From the human T2T-CHM13v2.0 reference genome, Homo sapiens, in assembly GCF_009914755.1 (NCBI RefSeq), contig NC_060928.1: 64,000 nucleotides of DNA. The stretch is one strand, 5' to 3'. Of the stretch, positions 43,698 to 58,386 are shown in pieces; within the stretch, counting starts at the first letter, position 1; each line of letters starts with the position of its first letter. Made by a program: the position numbers and the translations under genes. The notes beneath the pieces are model-generated. The model had not been told where the DNA came from, searched no databases, and worked only from the letters and a program-made list of their open reading frames with translations.

Positions 43698-43987
43698 TTT
43701 TTTTTGAGATGGAGTCTTCCTCTGTCGCCCAGGCTGGAGTACAGTGGCACCATCCACTGCACTGTAACCTCCACCTCCTAGGTTGAAGCAATTCTCGCAC
43801 CTCACCCTCCTGAAAAGCTGGGATTACAGGCACCCACCACCATGCCCAGCTAATTTTTGTATTTTTAGTAGAGATGGAGTTTCACCATGTTGTCCAGACT
43901 GGTCTCAAACTCCTGACCTCAAGTGATCCGCTGGCCTAGGTCTCTCAAAGTGCTGAGATTACAGGCATGAGCCCCTGCGCCCGGCCT
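43698..43987 (-). mobile_element. AluS
   Basis: Full reverse Alu. Confidence 0.9.
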
Positions 43988-44525
43988 CATCATCTTTTTT
44001 TGTGACCAGTACTTTCTTTCTCAAAACACTACCTACCAGTCTTCTGTTATTCAAAATCCCCTTGGCTCAGACCTACCAGAGAAAGGGGGCCATCTCTCTC
44101 TCTACCATCATGGGCCACATATGGTTCTTTTGAATAGGGGCAGATAGTCAGAATATGATTGAGACGAGAGTTATAGAGAGCTGCCCAGAGACTTTCAAAT
44201 TATGAGACCTAAGACATTTGCCCTGGCCTATTCTAAGGCCCCTTTATACCCTGGGCCACATAGAAATAATTCCTATATAGACACCCCTAATTCATATATT
44301 ATTGAGAAATGCTTTATTTTTTCATTTCCCTAGAGAAGAAGTGCTCACTTTTGTTCTTGTTTTTGTTTTTAACTGGCTTTGTTATTCTTGGGCATGAGAT
44401 GGTATTTAATCCTTTTATCCACTTATTGAACAAATACGTCGGGCACTGGGAATACAATTGAGCTGAACTGAACTGGTAAAATCATTGCCCTCAAGGAGCT
44501 GGCATTCAAGTGGCTGACATGATAC

Positions 44526-44611
44526 CATTTTCTGTGTCTCAGAAGATGACCACGGAGAACTTGATCTAAACTGGGAACTTTGATGATGTATTTCATGTCA
44601 ATGAGTCTGTT
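44526..44611 (-). pseudogene. Pseudo-exon, 86 nt, open
   Basis: gtttttctttgctttttag|NRLIDMKYIIKVPSLDQVLRGHLLRHRK TG|gtatca. Confidence 0.5.
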
Positions 44612-44742
44612 CTAAAAAGCAAAGAAAAACACACCGTGCTCTATCATAGTGTTAGTATACAGACCTCCATGAGGTCCTAAAAAGTCAGACTGTAAGGGAC
44701 TAATTCAGATGGTTGAAATTCAGGGAGGCAAAGTGACAGAAC

Positions 44743-44954
44743 CTTTTCAAGCTTCTATGCGGGAGGTGAGGGACGGGATATAATGAGAATCTGGCAACAC
44801 TCGGTAAATTATCTTCTGAATTGATTCAAATTTTTGCAGCAAGCCTTTCTGTGCAAATTTCCATGACTTCTTCATGGTAATTAGTTTCATGGAATATTGC
44901 CAAATGGCATATTTTTCCTACTTCGAGCCACTTTATAAGCACTCCTGGGAATGT
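44743..44954 (-). pseudogene. Pseudo-exon (donor uncertain)
   Basis: cttatctcatatttcag|TFPGVLIKWLEVGKICHLAIFHETNYHEEVMEICTERLAAKI*INSEDNLPSV. Confidence 0.45.
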
Positions 44955-45982
44955 CTGAAATATGAGATAAGCACTCTTAACCCAAAGTTTTATTAAAAAG
45001 TTTAATGAACACAAATACCAAATGACACATTCATTGCCATTAAGTATGTAGACTCTCTGTAAATCTGTGAACTACTGGGCGACTATAAAACCTACTTCCC
45101 TCAGCAACCACAGAAGCTTTATTTCTCTTCCTGAGCAGGCATGGGAGCCCTCCGGATGCACCTCGCCATCTCCAGCCTCCCAGATTCTCAGGACTCCACT
45201 GCATGCACTGAAGCATGGTGGTGGTTGTGAATTCCCTCTCGGCTCCTTCTCTGTCAAGTCCTCCCTCCCACTAGTACTGACCTTACCCTGCCAGTCCTTG
45301 CGCTTTTGATCTTCTTCGCATTGCCCTCCAGGAAGCCTCAGGCCACATAAGAACTTTCTCATTGTCTAACATCATCCCCAAATAAGAAACATGCATTTAC
45401 TAAATGTTCTCTCAAACTTCCAGAACATAGAGAATTACTTAATTTTTTTTTTGTTCTGGGCACAATCCTCTACTAGAATCTTAGTTCTTCAAAGGCAGGG
45501 ACCATCTTTTTATACGCCCTAGAATCTTCAGCATTGAACAAAGTAGAAGCTGAACAATTTGCAGAATGAAGAAATGGAGCCATGGTCTTGTCTCTCATCT
45601 TCTCTTTGCTGTTTTAAAATGTTTTTTTCTGGAGAGAATTGTCCTTTCCCATTATGTTCTCTGAGGTCCCTGTGTTCCCTCAAGCCCTCTACTCTCTCTT
45701 TAGACAATTCCTTATAGTATAATCATTTCTAATAAAAATACACTAGCTACTCAACATGCAATATGCAGAGTAACTGAAGGAAAGGTCTAAAAAGATTTTC
45801 TGAAACTTTAGATTGCAGTAAAATTAACGGCAGAGGCTACTACACATTGCTTAGCAGTTTCAGCTTAATCAGTGATCAGAAGAAAATATTAATATATTTA
45901 CAAACACTAGCAGAGAGTATGCAGAGGCTATGGCAAAAGGAAGGAAGTGGAAAGAACAGAAATCGACAGAGCTCACGGTACC

Positions 45983-46538
45983 TGCATCAGTTATCTATTG
46001 CCACAAAAGTGCTGCATAGAAAAGAGCGGTGGGTTACAGGATAAGCATTTATTTTTGCCCAAAGTCTCTCATTTTTCTAGGTTGTTTTGCTGATCTGGGC
46101 TGTACTTGGCTGAGAATAGCTGGATTTATTCATGTATCTGTGGTCAGCTGGTGAGTCAGCTAAGGGCTGGCTGGTGTCAGATGGCTAGAGCCTCTGAAGG
46201 GTTTGGTTCCATATGTGCTTTTAGCCTCCAGGAAACTAGCCTAGACTTGTTTTTATGCAGGTGGAAGACCTCTGAGAGAGTGAAAGCAAGAGCAAGAGTG
46301 AGAGAGCAAGCATGTTCAGAAGCTCACCAAACTTCATGACGCCTAGGCTTAAAACTGGCAGATTGTCACTTCCACCTCATTATGTTGGCCAAAGCAAATT
46401 TCAAAGCCAATATAGATATAAGGAATGGAAAAATATACTCTGTCTCTTGGTGGGAGGAGCTGCAAACTCACATTATAAAGGGTTTGGATATAGAGAGGGG
46501 TACAAAATTGGAGCCATTTTTCAATCAAACCATCATAC
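45983..46538 (-). mobile_element. MLT1 (H/I/J-like) MaLR LTR
   Basis: tgcatcagttatctattgccaca...tgtcacttccacctcattatgttggccaaagcaa. Confidence 0.65.
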
Positions 46539-46552
46539 TTAACTCAGCCTCA

Positions 46553-46846
<294 letters not shown>

Positions 46847-46884
46847 CAATTTTTTACTTATTAGTAGCAAGGTATAAGCACAAC

Positions 46885-47373
46885 TGTCTTAGTTTGAGTT
46901 CCTGTGGGTTCTGAGACAAGGATCCAATACAAGTGGTTTATTTGAACGGCAATGCTAGCAAACACTGATAGGAAGGTGAGGAGTTGAGAAAGGGAAGGAA
47001 GCAGCCAATAAAATGTTTGTTATCAAGCAAGTTACTTACCATTGTGGATAACTGAAGCATATTCTTGCTAGAGAACTCACTTGGAGCCAGTGTAGAACAC
47101 ACATCTTAGAGTTATCCTACCTAAAGAATGAAGCAGCTAGGATATTTCTGTACCAGCTCCTCTCAGTCAATGGTTGACAACTGGTTGGGTGGACGTAGAG
47201 CACTCATGTGTGGATACTTTTGTACTGCTGCAGAAGCAGAATGGGTTCCAATTAGCCAGGGAAAGTCTTCAGGCAAAGAATTTGCCAGAGCTAGCAGTTA
47301 GAAGGTGGGCAGCATACACCAAATGGGAAGGGCAATAGGATATGGCAGGACACTGATAGTGTTCATTATATCA
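46885..47373 (-). mobile_element. LTR16-like ERVL LTR
   Basis: tgtcttagtttgagttcc...ctgagacaaggat...gggaaggaagcagccaataaaatgtttgttatcaagcaagttac. Confidence 0.65.
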
Positions 47374-49478
47374 CTCAACAGCTTCTGCTGATTGCAATAA
47401 AATCTGCCAAAAGTTACAGTGTAGCCCAATGGAAAGATTATGAGCAAATCCTGTTTTTAGCTATGAACAAATTCCCTAATATTCCTGAGCCTCCCTTTCC
47501 TCAATAGTAGGTACTTCATGAGCATTTTTTTGAAGATAAAATTGAGATGGTATGTTTATAGTGTCTGGTAAATAAATAAGTGCTGGGTGTTAATATCTAT
47601 CAAGATATTTTTGTTTCCATTCATTCATTCCTCAAGAGTTTGAGTGGAAATAAGCATATCTTTTAAAATATTTGTTTAGGCCCCCTGTTTCACACTTTGC
47701 CCGCTGCTGTGACATCTATGACAGGCTCCCATAGCAAAATATATACATCCAAGAACAGAATGGAACTTGGAAGTTTAAGAAACAGCAGCATAATTGACAT
47801 CTTTAGGCTACTACAGCTAACCATAACTGCGTACACGTTGTTCTCAAACTCACATGGAATTGTCACCAAAATAGATCACATTCTGGGCCATAATACACAC
47901 CTTAACAAACTTAATAGAAATCATACAGTGTCTGCTCTCAGACCACAAGTGAAATTCAACTAGAAATCCATAACAGAAATATAACTGGAAAATCCCAAAA
48001 TATGTGGAAATTAAATAACACAATTCTAAATAACATATGAGTCAAAGAAGAACTCTCAAGAGAAATTTTAAAATATTTTAAACTAAGTGAAAATGAAAAT
48101 TCATCTTATTAAAATTTGTGTGCTATAGCAAAAATAGTGCTTAGAGGGAAAATGATAGCATTTAATGCATATATTGGAAAAGAAGAAATAATCTAAAATC
48201 AGTAATCTACACTTTTACCTTAGGAAACTAGAGAAAGAAGAGAAAATTAAACCCAAAGTGAGCGGAATAAACAAGGTAATAAAAATCAGAGTGGAAATCA
48301 ATGAAATTGAAAACAAGAAATCAATAGAGAAAATCACTTAAACCAAAAGTGGTTATTTGCAAAGACATGAAAATCAATAAACCTTTAGCCAGGCTAATGA
48401 AGAAAAAGGCAGAGAAGACACAAATTACTAATATCAGAAATGAAAGAGGAGACTGTAGAGAGCATTGACATTAAAAGGATAACAAAGGTTAGTATGAGCA
48501 ACTGTATGACCACAAATTTGATAACCTAGAAGAAACAGACAAACTTCTTAAAAGACATGATCTGTCAAAACTCACACAATAATACATAGACAATGTAAGT
48601 AGCCCTATCTCTGTTAAAGAAATTTAATAATTAATAACCTTTCAAAGCAGAAGACACAGACCCAGATTGGTTCACTGGTGAATTAGAACAAACATTTAAC
48701 AAAGGAACCATTCCAATTCTCTACAATTCCTTTCAGAAAATAGAAGTAGAAAGAACCCCTCTTAACTTATTCTATGAGGCTAGCATTGTCCTAATATTGA
48801 AACCAGATAAAGACATTACAAGAAAAGAAAGCTACAAACCAGTATCTCTCATGAACATGGTGCAATAATCTTCAACAAAATATTAGCAAATTGAATCCAA
48901 CAATGTGTGAGCATTCTGCTCATATAATTGTTATATGTCATGACCAAGTGGGACTTATCCCAGGTATGCGAGGGTGGTTCCATATTCAAAAATCAGCTAA
49001 GGTAATCCATTATATCAATTGCTTAAAATAGAAAAATCACATGATTATCAACAGATGCAGAAAAAGCATTTGACAAAATCCAACACCCATTCATAATAAA
49101 AATTCACTAAACCAGAAGTAGAAGGGAACCTCAACTTGACACAGAACAGCCACAATAAAACCCTAAAACTCACATCCTAATTAATGATGAGAAACTCAAA
49201 GCTTTCTCCCTAAAATCAGGAACAAGATGTCCCTTCTTACACTTGTTTTCAGTGTGGTACTGGAAATCTTAGCTAATGCAATAAGTCACAAAAAGGAAAT
49301 AAAAAGTATATACAAATTGGGAAGGAAAAAATGAAACTGTTTACAGATGACATGATCATTTATGTAGAAAATCCAAAAGAATAAACAGCAACAAAAAACC
49401 TCCTGAATCTAATATGAAGTTATAACTAGGTTGCAGGATACAAGGTTATTATGCAGAAGTCAATTGCTTTCTTATCTA

Positions 49479-49827
<349 letters not shown>

Positions 49828-51381
49828 CCCATAATACAATTTACCATTTATATTAGTAACCTTGAAATTAAATCCTTAGGTATAAGCCCAACAACATATG
49901 TAGAATATCTATATAAACAAAACTACAAAACTCTGATGAATGAAATCAAAGAAGTAAATGCAGAGATTTTTAATGTTCATGAATAGGAAGACTCAATATT
50001 GTTAAAATGTCAGTTCTTCCCAACTTGATCTATGGATTCAATACAATCCCAATCAAAATTCCAGCAAATTATTTGTGGGATTTTAAAGTTTATATGGAGA
50101 GGCAAAAGACCCACAATAGCCAAGACAATATTGAAAAACAAAGCTAAAGGACCATTCCCCAATTCAAGGCATCATATAAAGTTACAGTAATCAAGACAGT
50201 GTGATATTGGCAAAAGAATAGAAAAATAATGAAACACAATAGACAGTCCAGAAATAAATCCATATAAATATAGTCAACTTATCTTTGACAAAGGAACAAA
50301 GGCAATAAGATGGAACAAATATAGCCTTTTCAACAAATAGTGCTGTAACAACTGGACTTCCTCTTGCAAAAAAATAAGTCTAGATATAAACCTTATACCC
50401 TTCACAAAAATTAACTCAAAATAGACCATAGACCTAAGTGTGAAATGTAAAACTACCAAACTCCTAGAACATAACATAAGAGAAAACCCAGATGACTTTG
50501 GATATGAAGGTAGCTTTTTTAACACAACATCAAAGGCACTATCCACAAAAAAATGATAAACTCTAGCTTCATTAAAATTAAAAACTTCTGCTCTGTGAAA
50601 GACAATGTTAATATAATGAAAAGACAAACTACAGACTGGGAGAAAAATATTTGCAAAAGACACATCTGATAAAAGACCGTTATCCAAAATATACAAAGAA
50701 CACTTAAAACTCAACAATAGGAAAACAAACAACTCAATTAAAAATGGGCCAAAGACCTTAACAGACACCTCACAAAAGAAGGTATGCAGATGGAAATTAG
50801 CAAATTAAAAGATATTCCTTATCATATGTCATCAGGGAAATACAAATTAAAACAGCAGCCTGACACCACTACTACACACAAGAATGGCTAAATGCAGAAC
50901 ACCTACAACACCAAATGCTAACAAGGATGTGGAGCAAAAGAAACTCTCATTCATTGCTGGTGGGAATGTAAAGTGGTATAACCTCTTTGGGGGACAGTTT
51001 GGCAGTTTCTTAGAAAACTCTTACCATATAATCCAGCAACTGTGTTCCTTGGTATTTACCCAAAGGAGTTGAAAACCTACATCCAAACAAAAGCCTGTAT
51101 GCAGATGTTTATAGCAACTTTATTCATAGTTGCCAAAACTTGGAAGCACCAAAATTTTCTTTAGCAGGTGAATGGATAATCTACGGTACATCCAAACAAT
51201 GAAATATTATTCAGTGCTAAAAAGAATTACACTATCAAGCCATGAAAAGTCATGGAGGAATCTTAAATCCACATTACTAAGTGAAAGAAGCCAGTCTGAA
51301 AAAACTACATACTGTATGATTCCAACTATATGACATACTAGAAAAAAACAAAGTTGAACAAAGTTGAAGGACTGAGAATGA

Positions 51382-51702
<321 letters not shown>

Positions 51703-52589
51703 TGACTATTGAGAATATAAAAAGATCAGTGGTTACCAGAGTATAATGGAGTGGTGACAAATAAAGCACGGAGGATTTCTAGAGCAGTGAAAATACTCTG
51801 TATGTTACTATATTGGTGGACACATGTTGTTAAACATCTGTGAAAACTCACAGAATGTACACCACCAAGAAAAAACCCTAATGTAAACTCTGGACTTTGG
51901 GTGTTTATGATGTGTCAATGTTAATTTATCAATTGTCATAAATATACCACTCTTGTGGGGGATATTGATAATGGAGAAGGCTATACGTGTGTCAGCAGAG
52001 AGCATATAAGGGAAATCTCTGCACTTTCCATTCAGTTTTGCTGTGAACCTAAAACTGCTCCAAAATACTAATAATAAAAGTTGTATTAAAAAAGAAGAAA
52101 AAAAAAGAAACAGTAACATCTTCAAGTAGCTTGATAACACAGTAAGTGTTCCAACAAGTAGTTTTTCTTGCGCAGTGAAACTGGACCAACACTAACCAAA
52201 TGTGATAGAAAATGGCTCCCTCCTGTGCACAGACAGAATTGACAATGCAATATCAGCAGCCAGCACAGATTTAATTATGTTGTGCTTTTCTCTGAAGCCA
52301 CTCCTTCCTCAGCCTTTCTGGAGGATGTCCAGACTAATGCTTATCTTGTTTGTTCTTTACTGATGACCTTTCATGATAGGTAACAGTTTAATGAAATTAT
52401 AATGTTAAAATAGAATTCCCTTTGACTTTGAAGTCTGTGTTTTAGACTTTTTGCTCCTTTTCAGAAAGCAAGGGGCCACTCTGGGTAGGAAGGCAAGGGG
52501 GACAAGATGGAAGCAAACTGCTCGTGCTATGAGAAGAGGCTAAGACTAGATCACTGCACAGGCAGGCTCTCAGATGTGTATCTACTCAC

Positions 52590-52796
52590 ACATTCCATTA
52601 AGTACTCAGAGACTTCATTTGGCTCCACAAACTTAACCAATGTACTTGAAGACACTAATTTGGTTTCTACTGAAGGACTAAGAATAAGCTTTTTCACAGC
52701 ATCAAAACCTTTAAAACTTGAAGAGATTATTTGGGTCATTATATTGCCTCTAGGCAAGTCCTCCTGGAAACCATCTGCCTTAGATGAGAATTTCCT
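52590..52796 (-). pseudogene. Pseudo-exon, 207 nt, open, phase 0-0
   Basis: cccttggcttttcagtag|RKFSSKADGFQEDLPRGNIMTQIISSSFKGFDAVKKLILSPSVETKLVSSSTLVKFVEPNEVSEYLMEC|gtgagt. Confidence 0.65.
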
Positions 52797-53139
52797 CTAC
52801 TGAAAAGCCAAGGGAATTGCCGAGGGTCCTGAGGACAACCCTGTGGGGAGCGGTTCTTTTGGTCTAAATAAACTCCTTTTGTTATTCTATAATTTAAAAA
52901 AATTCCCTTTGTTCTGTCCCTGACAGAAAGAGTACCATCTTCTCCATACCATCTATTGTATTTTCTTTTCATATTTTCTCAGCATTCTCTTACCAGCATT
53001 TCCTCATAGCTTTAATTTTCTATTAGTATTTTAGTGTAGTTATTTCCAGATTTGCTTCAAGTACTCTGTAAACTTTCTTGATTGTAAACTTCAACTCTGG
53101 ACTTCAGGGACACATCGTGTGTAAATCAGAGTAGGTGAG

Positions 53140-53514
53140 TGATATGGTTTGGCTGTATCCCCACCCAAATCTCATCTTGAATTGTAGTTCCCATAATCCC
53201 CATGTGTCAGGGGATGGACCCAGTAGGAGATGATTGAATCGTGGGGGTGGTTATCTCCATGCTGTTCTCGTGATTGTGAGTGAGTTCTCACGAGATCTGA
53301 TGGATTTATAAGGGACTTTCCCCCACTTTGCTCTGCACTTCTCCTTGCTGCCACCGTGTGAAGAAGGATGTATTTCCTTCCCCTTCTGCCATGATTGTAA
53401 GTTTTCTGAGGCCTCCCCAGCTCTGTGGAACTGTGAGTCAATTAAACCTCTTTCCTTTATAAATTATCCAGTCTTGGGTATTTCTTCATAGCAGCGTGAG
53501 AATGGACTAATATA
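53140..53514 (+). mobile_element. THE1C-like MaLR solo LTR
   Basis: tgatatggtttggctgt...gactaatata, 375 bp, near-TSD GTGAG/GTGGG. Confidence 0.9.
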
Positions 53515-53591
53515 GTGGGGTTGCAGGGAACTCTTCGAGGATTAATTTTTTGGGGGGAAAGAATAAAGCCTTCCTTCCACTCCATTATTAG

Positions 53592-54007
53592 TGACATGGT
53601 TTAGATACTTGTCGCCTCCAAATCTGATGTTGAAATGTAATCCCTAATGTTGGAGGAGGTCCTAGTAGGAGGTGTTGGGTCATTGGGGGCAGATCCTTCA
53701 TGAACGGCTTGGTGCCATCCCCCTGATAATGAGTGGATTTTCACTCTGGTAGTTCATGTAACAACCGTTTGTTTAAAGAGCCTGGCACTTCCCTCTTCCT
53801 CTTGCTTCTGCTCATGCCATGTGACACTCCTGCTCCCACTTTGCCTTCTGCCATGAGCAAAAGCCCCGTGAGGCCTCACCACAAGCCGAGCAGATGACAG
53901 CACCATGATTTCTGTATAGCCTACAGAACTGTGAGCCAATTAAACCTCTTTATACATTACCCAGCCTCAGATATTTCTTTATAGCAATGCAAGAAACGGC
54001 TAATACA
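53592..54007 (+). mobile_element. MSTB-like MaLR solo LTR
   Basis: tgacatggtttagat...ggctaataca, near-TSD ATTAG/ATCAG. Confidence 0.88.
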
Positions 54008-54329
54008 ATCAGAGATGAGACAACATGCAAATATTCTAGAAAGAGATAGAGCCAGAGTCTTAAATTCATATAGACATGAATGATATCAGTTCTTTTCCAG
54101 TAAATTTTTAGTAGGAGTGTGTGCACACAGGGTACCTCTAGGAAGAAAAGTGAAAGAACACAAAATGGTGTTTGTCATTCTTTGAGGCCATTCTAAATCT
54201 TTTAAACATCCTTTCTGTGTTTAGGAATTCCTCATAATCTCTGTTTTGCTTCCCCAGTATTAAAACAAAGTACTATTTGCATCCCAGTGGGGGTAGAATT
54301 TAAAAAATAAAAATTAGAAAAAAAGAGAA

Positions 54330-54703
54330 AAAAAGTACTGTTTTCCAGCAATTCTTGCAGCTAGGCACAATCTTGCACAATGTGCATTGTGCACATTGGT
54401 GAGATTTCCACTTAGAAAAGTGCACCTTGAGAAAGGACATCACTTGGCAAAGCTAGTGATGGAGGCATCTGTTGCAGGGAGGCATAGGGGCTAACAGAAC
54501 TTACAGGAGTCTAGTTCCAAGTCCTCAGTGTGAACTGCCCCATCTAGTCCTCCAGTGGCAGCAGCAGAATCTTTATAGAAGCAATCCCATGGCATGGTTT
54601 GGGCACTCCTCCTAGCTGCATCCTAACCCTTAACAAATTCATTTTCTGCTTACACTAGCTGCAGTGAGTCCTCTTGTCTTCATCTAGAAAGACTGACAGA
54701 TAC
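54330..54703 (+). mobile_element. LTR33-like ERVL LTR fragment
   Basis: ttccagcaattcttgcagctagg and 3' end aacaaattcattttctgcttacactagc...ctgacagataca. Confidence 0.55.
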
Positions 54704-54822
54704 AATATTGTTGCAACAGTACTGTTACACTGTGGACTTGCTTTGAGTCTAATAATACTCAGTGGACTTTTCATTCTGTTGAAATTCCTACCAGGCTCTT
54801 CAAAAATACCACAGCTGTGTCC
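54654..54822 (-). pseudogene. Possible pseudo-exon; distal donor lies inside LTR33
   Basis: gtttgtctccacag|G DTAVVFLKSLVGISTE*...AGT|gtaagc. Confidence 0.35.
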
Positions 54823-55093
54823 CTGTGGAGACAAACCCATGGGATCTGAGTATTGATGTGGCCCTTTTAAAAATTATAAATAATTCTCTCTGATACATTG
54901 CTTTCCGAGTTCAGAGGATTAATGCAATAGAGAAAGGACAAAAATAAATCCAAGTTGAATACTAAGTTAGATTGCCTGACCTAAATTAGAGAGTGAGCTC
55001 CCATAAGTCTTCTGTAAGTTTAAGAGACAGAAGATTTGGTGACACTAGGATGTATAGTAAAAAAAGTTGGTGCCTCCTCAAGTTCTGCTAAAA

Positions 55094-55586
<493 letters not shown>

Positions 55587-55996
55587 ATGAGTGTGAATTC
55601 AGGCTGTAAACACAAGCTGGAATTCTTCTGGTGACGTTACCATGGCTATTGGCCATAGCTTTGTATAGATGTGTCTTTCTGTATGCAATAAAAGTGTATG
55701 TACATGAGAATATGCATCAAATAATATGTTAACTGTCATAGAGGGTGGCAACACAAACAATAACCCATTCATATAACATCTGCCTTTGTCTAAGGAGCAC
55801 CGCTCACCTGATTTGTCCAGTGTGCTCACTAAGAGAGTGACTCCATATGTTGGTTGAATCCATCTGGTATAGATACTGCTTCCTCAATATCTGCAATAGT
55901 TAATTTAACACAGGACTTTATAAAATAAATAAGAGGATTAGTTGAGGAGTGACCCTACTCTATGGCATGCATTTGATACCACTTTGTAAAATGTGG

Positions 55997-56044
55997 ACAC
56001 ACACACACTCACACACACACACACACACAGACACACATAAACAC
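55997..56044. repeat. Imperfect (CA)n
   Basis: acacacacacactcacacacacacacacacacagacacac. Confidence 0.85.
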
Positions 56045-56584
56045 AGAGAGAATAATTTAAATTAGCTACCAGTGTGATCTAGAGCAATAATGAGTTGTGG
56101 GGAAAATAGAGGCACTGGGTTGGCTTGGAGTCACACCTAGGAGGCCAGCAGCCTCTGAGGGGAAAGATATTCCAGGAGAATAGATGGTGACCAAAGTAGC
56201 AGGGGGATTGCCCAAGAATGGAAAACGAAGAGTCAAAAATGGCCCAAGTAGAGGTCATTCTCATAGCAAAGCAAGAGAAACCAAGAGACTAGTACCATGT
56301 AGTAAATGAACATCATGCCAGTTCAAATAAACACAGGCTCAGAAGTGAATGTAAGAATGAGAACAAATAACTAAAATAAGGCACACTGGGCTAAATAAAC
56401 TCAAGTCCATAATGAGAATGGAGGCCAGTTAGCCAGAATGGGAAGAGTGGAGATCTGGAAGAAGGAAAACATAGAAAGATCAATTTCATCTAACTGAAAC
56501 TCTAAAGCTTGCACAACCTCACAGGATGGTGCCTTCTGCCCAGCTCTTCCTGGAATCCTTGTTCCCAGGGACAGCTTCTGATAC

Positions 56585-56741
56585 CTCCTCCAGAGGGTGT
56601 TGATAAGACAGTTCACCAAGACTCTCCGGGACTGGGGCCAGGTCCTTTGTAAAATTGTCTGGCTTTTTCTCTTCTTCTTCCTGGTCTTGTCCAGTCTGTA
56701 TTTCTTTTTTGTTTTGTTTGTTGCACACTGGTCAGTCACTT
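56585..56741 (-). pseudogene. Pseudo-exon
   Basis: ttctatatcctttctggtactag|AA GTG ACT GAC...AG|gtatca. Two overlapping open frames (VTDQCATNKTKKK... and QTGQDQEEEEKKPDNFTKDLAPVPESLGELSYQHPLEE). Confidence 0.45.
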
Positions 56742-56889
56742 CTAGTACCAGAAAGGATATAGAAACTATACCACACTCTCAGGCTCTGAGTTGGCAACTG
56801 TTTACAGTTCAGTCTCCTATACTTTCAGTGCACAGTCTTCAGCTACGTGTATTACTGTTTGCTCTTTTAGAACTCAGTGAAATGGAGCT

Positions 56890-57205
56890 TATGTAAAAGC
56901 TATTATAAAAATGTACAAGACATATGAAGAAAACTGTAGATTTTTTGTTAAAGAAATCCAAAAGAAAACCTAAATAGAGATTTTCCTGGTAGAGAGATAC
57001 AATATAGTAAAGATGTATTCATAGAGAAATAGACAGGTACATTCATGAAACAGAAGTGCAAATCTAGAGACAGACTTATGTACACAGAGAAATTTCATAT
57101 ATGATAAATGTGGCATTCCTAATCAGTGCCAAAAAGAGATTATTTGAAGTGTTGGGACAACTGGTTTTCCAGCTGCAGAAAAATAGCTAGATTCCTACCT
57201 TAAAC
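56890..57205 (+). mobile_element. Old L1M ORF2 fragment
   Basis: aaagaaatccaaaagaaaacctaaataga...gtgttgggacaactgg...gattcctacct. Confidence 0.6.
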
Positions 57206-57523
57206 TCAGATCAGCCATTTTGGACAAAGAGAGAGAGGACTGTCCTGGGATAACTACAGGGTCATTGTGTACTGGCATCAGTCTGCATTGTGTTACCATC
57301 TACTGAAACGGAGGAAGAAAAGGGTAAGATTAATCTGAGATAGGAGCTTCTTCTGTTTGTAATACCAATGCCAAGAACTGGGCTCAATGAGGATGGCCTC
57401 AGAATAGTGCTCAGGAAAAGCGACACATTTGAGTAAGGGAATTGGTCAATCTTCCCATTACAAATATCTTTATGACAACTGGAAATTTTCGTTAAACTTA
57501 TTTTAAAACCTTCTTACTTATTT
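57199..57523 (-). pseudogene. Exon-like block with two acceptors
   Basis: PolyT-ag acceptor at 57524-57525, then an ~80-codon open frame (EGFKISLTKISSCHKDICNGKIDQFPYSNVSLFLSTIL...). Second strong acceptor at 57303-57304 and AAG|gtagga at 57198. Confidence 0.4.
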
Positions 57524-57556
57524 CTAAAAAAAAAAAAAAAAAAAAAAGATACAGAA

Positions 57557-57778
57557 CAGGTGTAGGTAAACTACTGCCAGCAGGCCAGTTTTGGCCCTGA
57601 GTCTGTTTTTGAAAGGAAAGTTCATTGGGATGCAGCTATGCTCATTCATTTATGTATTGTCTGTGGCTGTTTTTGCACTATAACAGCAGAACTGAGTAAC
57701 TGCAAGAAAGACCCTACGACCAACAAAACTAAAAATATTACTATCTGTCTCTTTACATAAAAAGTTTCCCAGCAGCTG
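57557..57778 (+). mobile_element. MER58A hAT MITE
   Basis: caggtgtaggtaaacta...gctcattcatttatgtattgtctgtggctg...tactatctgtctctttacataaaaagttt. Confidence 0.8.
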
Positions 57779-58386
57779 ATATAGCCCAACTGTTTCAAGC
57801 ACTAACGTTATAGAAGAAAAGCAGGATAGCTGAATGGAAAGGGCTCTGGATTGGGAAAAAGAGCAGAAGTGATTTAGTCTCTGGAATCAGATCTACTCCC
57901 ATCAACTAACTCATTATCCAAATGCAAACTTGGCTTTAACGTCCCCATGTTTCAGTCTCTTAATTTCCAATAATGGCATTAGAAATAAAATTCTTTTGAC
58001 ATCTGAAGACTATAATTCTAGAATGGTCTCAATGAGTTAAAAAGTAGAAATCAATGTGAAATTCATTACATACTATTACATTTCATTGTAAAGGGTGTAT
58101 CTCCTTACCTTCAAATAACAGAATTGTTTTTAAGGCTTATTGTGTTAGAAAGAAAAGCTAAGAACTTAGAATCTCAAATCTGAGCACTGATGAGAAATAA
58201 AATTGCACTTAACATTTTTCAGGGCTTCTATTTTAACTCTTCACACACATCAGTAATTTGACTCTTTGCCATGGAGAGACAATTGCATGTATTTGCATTT
58301 TTTCTGTATGTGAGAATTTAATTTTTTACAACCCGCTGTGTTTTTCAGGCCCTTTAACTAATAGGCTTTTATCACCTTATGATTAC

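Noticed and set aside
50274-50768. 164-aa hydrophobic minus ORF resembling a membrane protein (also 3828-4328 and 51808-52140)
   Set aside because: Reverse complement of A-rich L1M sequence, which yields Phe/Leu-rich frames.
52507-52803. 98-aa plus ORF with ATG
   Set aside because: More simply the antisense shadow of the minus-strand exon, which has the splice signals.
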